Below the pieces are notes generated by a model. It saw only the letters and a list, made by a program, of their open reading frames with translations. It made no database searches and had not been told where the DNA came from. A program made the translations under genes and the position numbers. Source: Naegleria gruberi (lineage: Eukaryota). Taken from it: DNA of 64,000 bases. The stretch's first letter is position 1. Each line of letters opens with the position of its first letter. Below are positions 57,415 to 64,000 of this stretch, piece by piece. Location: the NCBI GenBank assembly GCA_000004985.1, contig GG738855.1; one strand, given 5' to 3'.

Positions 57415-58828
57415 TTATTTCTTCTTTTTTTGTTCATGACTTGCTTTCAATCTAGCAAAAACAAACTCAACAATTAATAAAATATTACCCACTAAAAAGA
57501 TTAAGGTAATGAAATAGAAAAAGTTTGCATTACCAGTTCCCTTAAAATTCCAAGTGTTGAAACATATTGGACCAAGGAATAATGTAGCCAATAAAGTACT
57601 GACAATAAAGAAACCATATCTCATATTACCACTGACATCCACAAATAATAATAAAAGAGTCATGTAAAAGTAAAAGTCTCCCAGGCATGGATAATTCTTA
57701 AATACTGAAATAATTGCTATTTGTACTACACACCAAAAAAGTCCATCGTTTTTGAATCTAATTGTCAAAGGAATAATGTATGCAAATACATGAAGATGGA
57801 AAATGAGAAGGAAGAAAGTTCTAAAATCATTAAAAACCTCAATAAAAAAATACCACATAGTTCCCCAATTTGGTGTTAGATCTTCCAGTGACATTGGATA
57901 ATAGTAACATTGATACATGAAACTTTGCATTATTTGAATAGACTTGTCATTGAATATTTGAGTCATGATTGAATTATTAACATTCGTCTCATCATGATTT
58001 AATATGAAAATAGAAGCCAGTACGAGAATTGCCATCCACGCTATGAAAAGCACAGTTGCTTTGAATGCAATTGCTGTTGTTGAAGGCGCTTGATTATTTC
58101 TTAATTGAATGCTTCTCAAAATTAAAACAACTCCAATCAACAGGCACACAGGATAAAGTGTCAAATAAGTCCCAAAGGCCAAGAATAGAGTACTCATGGT
58201 GAGATTTGACTTGCTTGCAAAATATAACGCTCCCACAATTGAAATATTGTTAAAAATAACTGTAGACATACTGATACAACTTCCAATCATTACAGGATTG
58301 AATAAGTACGCTAAAAACAAAAGGGTAGGGAGATTATTAGAATCTTGCTTGTTTTCAATTTTTTGATTTTCAATGTATGCAAAGATTAATCGTGATTCGA
58401 ATGCATTTTTAGCAAGTCCAAAAATTAAATATGCAACCACTAAATCCAATACAATATAAATACATCTGTCAATCCACAAATCAACTTGTTCCATTTCAAA
58501 CATTTCACTCAACTCATTTGATATTCCGAAAGGTATTAACAGTAGAGGAGGTTGTAAATATGATGAACTTGAATATGGGGATTGTCCAATACGCGTCAAG
58601 AATAATCCTTCCTTTACTATTTAATTATTAATAATTAAAAATAATTAAATATTCACACCTACATCTTTTAAAACTTGTTGTTGGTGTCGAAAAATGTATA
58701 TCATTCTCTAATGATTTATCAAATCCGTAATAAAATAGCAAAACTCTTATTAGGATTGCCAATACTGACGCGATCACAAGTGGTGCAAGTTGGTGCGATG
58801 AAGATTTTGGTGAGTTGAGAGGCTGCAT
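57415..58828 (-). CDS. PIGU: GPI transamidase component PIG-U, 2 exons: join(58663..58828, 57415..58616).
   Basis: EDLTPNWGTMWYFFIEVFNDFRTFFLLIFHLHVFAYIIPLTIRFK and GNANFFYFITLIFLVGNILLI match PIG-U blocks. Intron 58617..58662 (GTAGGT...ATAG) is frame-consistent. Multi-TM. Confidence 0.8.
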
Positions 58829-58935
58829 TTTTTTTATCTGATTTATTACTTTTTATTTGGCCTTCCCGCCTATATTTTGTACAATTTTCGAGAGGTTGGA
58901 TATTAATAAAACAACAAGAAATACAATCATAAAAA

Positions 58936-59454
58936 ATGGAAGCAAGTACATCCCAACTTTCCGAGATGGCATCATTTCAATTGAGGCCAAATTTTCGACA
59001 CAAGTAAGTTTATAGTTGTAATTAAAATCGGTTCGATGCCTTTCAATAGGTTTAAATCTGCTGAAGTAAAAGAAATAATTAAAGATGTGGTAACAAACCG
59101 ATTAAAAGGAAAGGAATATCAAATGGAACAAGTACAACAATGGATAAAGGACATTTGTAATGAAATAAGAGACAAGTGTATGGAATTAAAATATGAAAGA
59201 TATAAATTTATTGTAAATGTGATGATTGGAGAACAGAGAGGAGAAGGAGTCAAGTATGTATTAGTATTTTACATGTTGAGCTAAGTGTTCAAAATTTAGG
59301 ATGGGATGTAGATGTTTTTGGGATGAAGATTGTGATTCATACGCTACTCATACATATATGAATGTAAGTCTTTTACATATTTATTGTTATCTTAGAGTTT
59401 TTTTAGCAAAGCTTATTTTGTGCTGTAACAACATTCGGAGTGTACAATTACTAA
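58936..59454 (+). CDS. Tctex-1 family dynein light chain (DYNLT-like), ~127 aa, 4 exons: join(58936..59003, 59050..59253, 59300..59363, 59407..59454).
   Basis: C-terminal GCRCFWDEDCDSYATHTYMN|QSLFCAVTTFGVYNY matches the Tctex C-terminus (SSCFWDSSTDG...MYCIVSAFGLSI). Introns have GTAAGT/GTATGT donors and AG acceptors with the frame maintained. The upstream exon has an A-rich ATG at 58936; the alternative start at 59036 would remove exon 1. Confidence 0.7.
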
Positions 59455-59479
59455 TAAATTACTACTTTACAAGATCTAG

Positions 59480-62400
59480 TTATTTGATATGAGTTTTGGA
59501 GCCGTTGTACTGCATTAGTGTTGAAAAGTTATGTTTTGGAGTTGGTTTTTTCTTATTTCTGAGTCCTTCTTCCAATGAGTATGGAGATCTAGCTGGAGTT
59601 TTCTTTGGAGATTCTTTTAGAGGAGATGATTTAAGTGATTTCTTTGGTGTAATTGAATCAGAGGAAGAGGATGGCGAAGAAGGCATAACATCTTTGAAGA
59701 GAGATGTTGGTGAAGAGATTTTAGCTTTTGGTGATACACTTGTATTGAGTTTCTTCTCCATGGAAGGACTTTTAGATGTAGTACTTGATTTTGGAGAAAG
59801 CTGTGAAGAACCCTCAATACGATCAACCAGTCTTCTAATAACATTACAAGTTTCCCGCTCTACTTCAGTCTCTTTCTTGTCCACACTTTGGAAGAAATGA
59901 TTAACCTTATCTGGAATGATCAGGAAAAATTCCAAACAAGCATTAATATTTACAGTGGATTCTTGGATTGGGTCTTCAAAATCTTCACTATGTAAAAACA
60001 CCTGTTTCTTTACAGGCGAATTTGTTCCTTTGAATTTTTCCTTAAATGTTCTTAGTTGAGTACTAACTACAGCCTTCTTTCTTTCCATATCTTTGAATAA
60101 AATGTTGGAGCGATTATCGACCTTCTTAATGTCATCTTCCATATACATTTCCATTTCCTTTCTTCCTCTATCAATTCTTTGTTGGGTAACAGATAATTCT
60201 TGGAGTTGTTTACTTGCCACGAATTCCAATTTTTTTGTAACGTGTTGCTCTTGTTGGTGATAAAAGTTAATAATATCTTTTCTCTCCAAATTGGTAATTT
60301 TTTCCTCCATTCCAAGTCCTCTCTCGTACTGTTTCGAAGAGGCTATTAAATTATAAAGTGATCTTTCAGCAAGTGTATTTTTCGAAAAGTTTGGCTTTTT
60401 TCTTCCAAAACTAACTCTTAGCTTTTCTTCTTGTTGAACAATTTCATGTTTGTGTCTTTCTGTAATATCTAAAAGAATCTTACCAGACAATTGATCATAT
60501 TCAAGGATTCTCTTTGTCCACAAATCTAATATTTCTAGTTTTTGATCTTCAAGAAGTTCCTTAATGTTCTTTTTTCTTTGTTCATACTCTCTCTCAAATC
60601 TGTCTTCAATTTTAATCACCTCAGAGAGAATTTCTTTTCGTATCTTGATATCAAATGTATTCAGCGTGTTGAAATCTCGTTGTTTTTCATAAACTAATCG
60701 TTGATTATCGTACTCTTCAATGGAATTTCTTATTGAGAGTGTATTAATTCTTTGATGTGAAAATAATCTTCGTGGAGAAATTCTAGACTTTAAACCATTT
60801 GAGAGGAAATCTTCAATGACAATGTTAAACGAAGGAGAGTCTGGTGTAAATAGTTTAAGATCAATATTTGGTCGTAGTTCAGGTTGGGGAGTGGAAATAA
60901 CAGGCTCTGAGTCTTGAATATCTTTGCTCTTCTTTTCAATGCTCTCGGAGAGGAATCTAATTTCCTCTCTAATTGCTTGTTCATATGATGAAAAATCACC
61001 CTCAAAGGAGGCGAAGACCTTCTTTTCCAAGTCATCATAACCAGCTTCTTCATTAAGCTTGGATAAAAGATATTCTTCAAGTACGGATTGCTTAATAGAT
61101 GATTCGTCAATATCATCTTCATCATTGCCTCTATCAAGAACATCGAGTTGTTCTTCGTAAGGTGTTTGGTACATATAGCTATTGTTGTTACTCATTGCAT
61201 CGGATTTAACAATATCTACAGGTGAGTCTTGTTGTAGCTCCTTTTCTGAAATGTTGTCTTCCTGTTGGGCTTGTTGTTGAACACAGCTATCAGTTACCGA
61301 TTTGCCGTCCTCGTGTGTTCGTTTTTTTGGAAATGAAATTGTTAAATCATCATTTACGGTGGTTTCAAAATTGTGGGGCGTTATCAGCTCGCTTTTTGCA
61401 ACTCTCTCTTCATTACTGCTAATTGTAGGAGGTTCTATTAATTGTGGTGATTGAGAAATTTCGTTTGGAGTGTTGGTATTGGCAATTGTTGGAATTTGAT
61501 CATTGATTTCAGTATTTTGTTCTGGCTGGACTTCTAAAGTTTCCTTAATATTGTCTTTTTCTTCAACCACAGGTTCTGTAACAGTGGTATCGATATCGGC
61601 TTCTGTAGGAGTAGGAGTTTCGCTGGGTTGGGGTATTGTCACTTCTTCGTCTTGTATTTCCACAGAATTCTCTGTGGAAACAGTTATTGGTTCCAGATCC
61701 TCTTCAACTTTTGTGTTAACTTCTGGATGTTCTTCCAAAATATTCCTCATTTCAAGATCATCATGTTGAGCAACTGGAGTTATTTCGTTTGCTTGAATAT
61801 CTGAAGAATTTTCAATTTCGTCATCCTTTTGATCAATTGAAGTTTCATTAATAATGTTGGAATTCAATTCAAAACAACTGACTGGTTCAGCAGGGCTGAA
61901 TTCATCTTGATCTATTGAATGTTGATCTTCTCCCTTTTCTGTACAACTCAATTCAACTGTTTCTGTTTCTGTAACAATACCATTCGTCTCACATTCATTT
62001 TCATTCTCTGTATTTTTGGGTGATTCCTCACTCCCTAACACTTCTGTAGTGGTATCGAGTATTACCTTAAGGTCATATTCAACAGTGGTTTCCTCGCCTT
62101 TAATCATCTCTTCATTGATTGTTGTGGGTTTCATTAATTGTCGTTCAGTGCTCACCTCCTCTGTGTGTTCTATAATTTCTGTTTCTTTTTTCATTATTTG
62201 TGATTCAGTGTTCACCTCTGTCTCGTTTTTCTTCTCTTGAACTTGTTGGACAATTGAATCAGAAATTTCGATAATGTCCTTGTTTTCCTTTTCAACCTCA
62301 CTTATAAGTTCTGAAAAAGACGTTTGTTCCATATTTTCAGCGTCTTTTGCCTCTTTGCTTTCTTCAGTTGGTTTTTGTTCGATATTTTCCATATTTTCAG

Positions 62401-63646
62401 TTTCTGAATCGTTTGAATCCTCTTGAAATATTGGAGTATTGTCAGATCCATTCATTTGGGGAAGCTTATCAGCACTTGTTTCTTCTGTAGTTGCTTGAAT
62501 ATCAATTGAGGTTGTTGTGGGGTCCTCTGATCGAGCTTCCTTAATAATTTCTTTTGAAATCTCGATTAATGGTTCATCATTCATTGGTTCATGTGAGTGC
62601 TCTTCTTGAACTGGAATAGTACTACATTGTTGTTCCTCCTTTTCCACTACAAGTTCATCAGTTTTTTTACACTCCTCCTGTTCTTCCTTTGGTGGATTTT
62701 CCTCAATCGATATTATATTTTCGAGTGGTGAAGATGATGGATCTATTGATTTATCAAGATCATTATTGCTATCTACTATTTCTTCAGTTTGAGTCTCCTC
62801 CCGTATCTCATCCTTTACAATTGTTGAAGGGAAGGAATCATCATTCTTAAGCTCGTAAACTATTGATGATGTAAGGGATTCCGCACTGCTATCATCCTCA
62901 TCTTCCTCGTTTAATCTTTCCAAATAGGAATCATGTTCCGGTGGTGATAGATTCAAGTAGCAAACATTTAAATTAATTAAACTTCTCTTCCTCTCTGTTG
63001 ATGAGGAAGAAGAAGGAGACTGATTTGGAAAGTTATGAAATTCTGTAACAAGATTGTTATCCACAGAGAGTTTCAGTTCAGAAGATGATGATGCACTACT
63101 CTTATCTACAGATGGCGTTGGTGATGCCTCTCCTTGATTCTTAAGCAGATTACTGGCTGCATTCAGAATCGATGAAGAAGTCATGGGTGTGAGTGTGTTT
63201 TTTCTGGATGCTCTTGGTTTTTTAGGGATTTGTTGTGTAACGGTGAGATTTTCTGTTGAGGAAAAGTCTGGCTGTTGAGTTGGTGAATCAATAAGAGCAA
63301 AGTGATGCACTTGTCTTTTTGGTTCAGAAGCAGCATCATGTTTTAGAATTTGTTCTTGTAATTTATAATGATGATAAGGTGATGATACTGAATGTCGGGT
63401 TCTTGATGTTGAGGGAACCGCAGTGTTTGAAGAAGAAGTGGAGATGTGATGCGTGTCACCACCTCCATCATCATGATGTACAACTGGTTTGAAGAAAGCT
63501 CTTGTCCTTCTCCTTCCCTTATTGTTATCAATCCTGTTTCCTTGATCACTGCTTAATGATGATTGGAACTGTCTTAGAGCCTCCTCTTCTACTGTTCCAT
63601 CATCGCGTGAATTATGGTTACTACTGAACCGTATGGTGTGAGACAT
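59480..63646 (-). CDS. Large (~1390 aa) highly acidic, Glu/Ser/Thr-rich protein with a C-terminal coiled-coil region. Family unassigned.
   Basis: Single long ORF. Start preferred at the A-rich ATG at 63646 (the ORF opens at 63700). Low-complexity acidic repeats, then heptad-rich ~400 aa. Confidence 0.55.
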   Translation of the reverse strand: MSHTIRFSSNHNSRDDGTVEEEALRQFQSSLSSDQGNRIDNNKGRRRTRAFFKPVVHHDDGGGDTHHISTSSSNTAVPSTSRTRHSVSSPYHHYKLQEQILKHDAASEPKRQVHHFALIDSPTQQPDFSSTENLTVTQQIPKKPRASRKNTLTPMTSSSILNAASNLLKNQGEASPTPSVDKSSASSSSELKLSVDNNLVTEFHNFPNQSPSSSSSTERKRSLINLNVCYLNLSPPEHDSYLERLNEEDEDDSSAESLTSSIVYELKNDDSFPSTIVKDEIREETQTEEIVDSNNDLDKSIDPSSSPLENIISIEENPPKEEQEECKKTDELVVEKEEQQCSTIPVQEEHSHEPMNDEPLIEISKEIIKEARSEDPTTTSIDIQATTEETSADKLPQMNGSDNTPIFQEDSNDSETENMENIEQKPTEESKEAKDAENMEQTSFSELISEVEKENKDIIEISDSIVQQVQEKKNETEVNTESQIMKKETEIIEHTEEVSTERQLMKPTTINEEMIKGEETTVEYDLKVILDTTTEVLGSEESPKNTENENECETNGIVTETETVELSCTEKGEDQHSIDQDEFSPAEPVSCFELNSNIINETSIDQKDDEIENSSDIQANEITPVAQHDDLEMRNILEEHPEVNTKVEEDLEPITVSTENSVEIQDEEVTIPQPSETPTPTEADIDTTVTEPVVEEKDNIKETLEVQPEQNTEINDQIPTIANTNTPNEISQSPQLIEPPTISSNEERVAKSELITPHNFETTVNDDLTISFPKKRTHEDGKSVTDSCVQQQAQQEDNISEKELQQDSPVDIVKSDAMSNNNSYMYQTPYEEQLDVLDRGNDEDDIDESSIKQSVLEEYLLSKLNEEAGYDDLEKKVFASFEGDFSSYEQAIREEIRFLSESIEKKSKDIQDSEPVISTPQPELRPNIDLKLFTPDSPSFNIVIEDFLSNGLKSRISPRRLFSHQRINTLSIRNSIEEYDNQRLVYEKQRDFNTLNTFDIKIRKEILSEVIKIEDRFEREYEQRKKNIKELLEDQKLEILDLWTKRILEYDQLSGKILLDITERHKHEIVQQEEKLRVSFGRKKPNFSKNTLAERSLYNLIASSKQYERGLGMEEKITNLERKDIINFYHQQEQHVTKKLEFVASKQLQELSVTQQRIDRGRKEMEMYMEDDIKKVDNRSNILFKDMERKKAVVSTQLRTFKEKFKGTNSPVKKQVFLHSEDFEDPIQESTVNINACLEFFLIIPDKVNHFFQSVDKKETEVERETCNVIRRLVDRIEGSSQLSPKSSTTSKSPSMEKKLNTSVSPKAKISSPTSLFKDVMPSSPSSSSDSITPKKSLKSSPLKESPKKTPARSPYSLEEGLRNKKKPTPKHNFSTLMQYNGSKTHIK

Positions 63647-63796
63647 TCTTTTTGAACATGGAAGTTGATTGTTCAATTCCAATTGCCCTTTAAGAAGCAT
63701 GCTTGATCACACAACCTCAAAACACCGAAAAACAAATATGATATTTCTGATCTGAAAATTTTGATAAGTAATCCATTTTAATTTATTTTGAAATTT

Positions 63797-63997
63797 TCAG
63801 ATTGTTTGCAACTCTGAACTAGCACTAGGTGGAACAGAAATTTTCTTCTTCTTCACACAATAAACAATCAATCCAATCACAACCAACCCAAAAATCAGAA
63901 TTGGAATAATCAATGCCAATGCTACCAGAGCTACAAGTCCAATAACATTGTTTTGCTTGGTTAAACTAGTTTCTGCAAGAATTGAAGAATTTTCCAT
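63797..63997 (-). CDS. Possible small (66 aa) single-pass membrane protein ORF.
   Basis: ORF with one strongly hydrophobic segment (VIGLVALVALALIIPILIFGLVVIGLIVY) followed by KKKK. No splice connection to the downstream gene was found. It could be a uORF or spurious. Confidence 0.25.
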   Translation of the reverse strand: MENSSILAETSLTKQNNVIGLVALVALALIIPILIFGLVVIGLIVYCVKKKKISVPPSASSELQTI

Positions 63998-64000
63998 TAT

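Noticed and set aside
63700-63997. Idea that the 66-aa TM ORF at 63797..63997 is a 5' exon of the 1400-aa acidic protein.
   Set aside because: No GT...AG pair joins the frames between 63797 and 63700. It is kept only as a low-confidence independent small ORF.
1-64000. Possibility that the window is a prokaryotic or phage accessory island with operons, defence systems or CRISPR.
   Set aside because: Multiple genes require GT...AG spliceosomal introns to restore conserved eukaryotic proteins (TMEM97, SPCS3, COQ9, PIG-U, Tctex, ferredoxin). There are no Shine-Dalgarno patterns, direct-repeat/spacer arrays or rRNA, and starts have A-rich eukaryotic contexts. The window is eukaryotic nuclear DNA.

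Overview
This is an AT-rich eukaryotic nuclear locus with about 30 protein-coding genes on both strands, very short intergenic spacers, and short spliceosomal introns (38-161 nt, GTAAGT/GTATGT/GTAGGT...AG, some with a TACTAAC branch site). It is not a prokaryotic island and I did not see any CRISPR arrays or operons in this window. Gene content and composition suggest a unicellular, amoebozoan-like eukaryote (dictyostelid-like), but I cannot confirm taxonomy without a search. Mitochondrial genes I recognised: adrenodoxin-type ferredoxin, HscB, MRPS16 and COQ9. Membrane-traffic and ER genes: a Sec1-family protein, PH-RasGEF, TRAPPC10, VPS11, SPCS3, PIG-U and TMEM97. Cytoskeletal and metabolic genes: tubulin-tyrosine-ligase-like, a Tctex dynein light chain, sphingosine-1-phosphate lyase and a 2-phosphoglycerate-kinase-like P-loop protein. 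There is one tRNA-Val(AAC). The most unusual features are a single ~9.4 kb, 6-exon gene encoding a ~3050-aa secreted zincin (HEIGHNFGFGH) fused to PSI and EGF cysteine modules with a GPI-like tail, and a piggyBac-like transposase remnant with a frame disruption flanked by 17-bp imperfect inverted repeats. Other items worth a look are a secreted EGF/Pro-Thr-Lys repeat protein beside the transposon remnant, a eukaryotic protein ending in a SHOCT-like motif, and several large proteins of unknown function. Exon boundaries were derived by hand and may be off by a few nucleotides.
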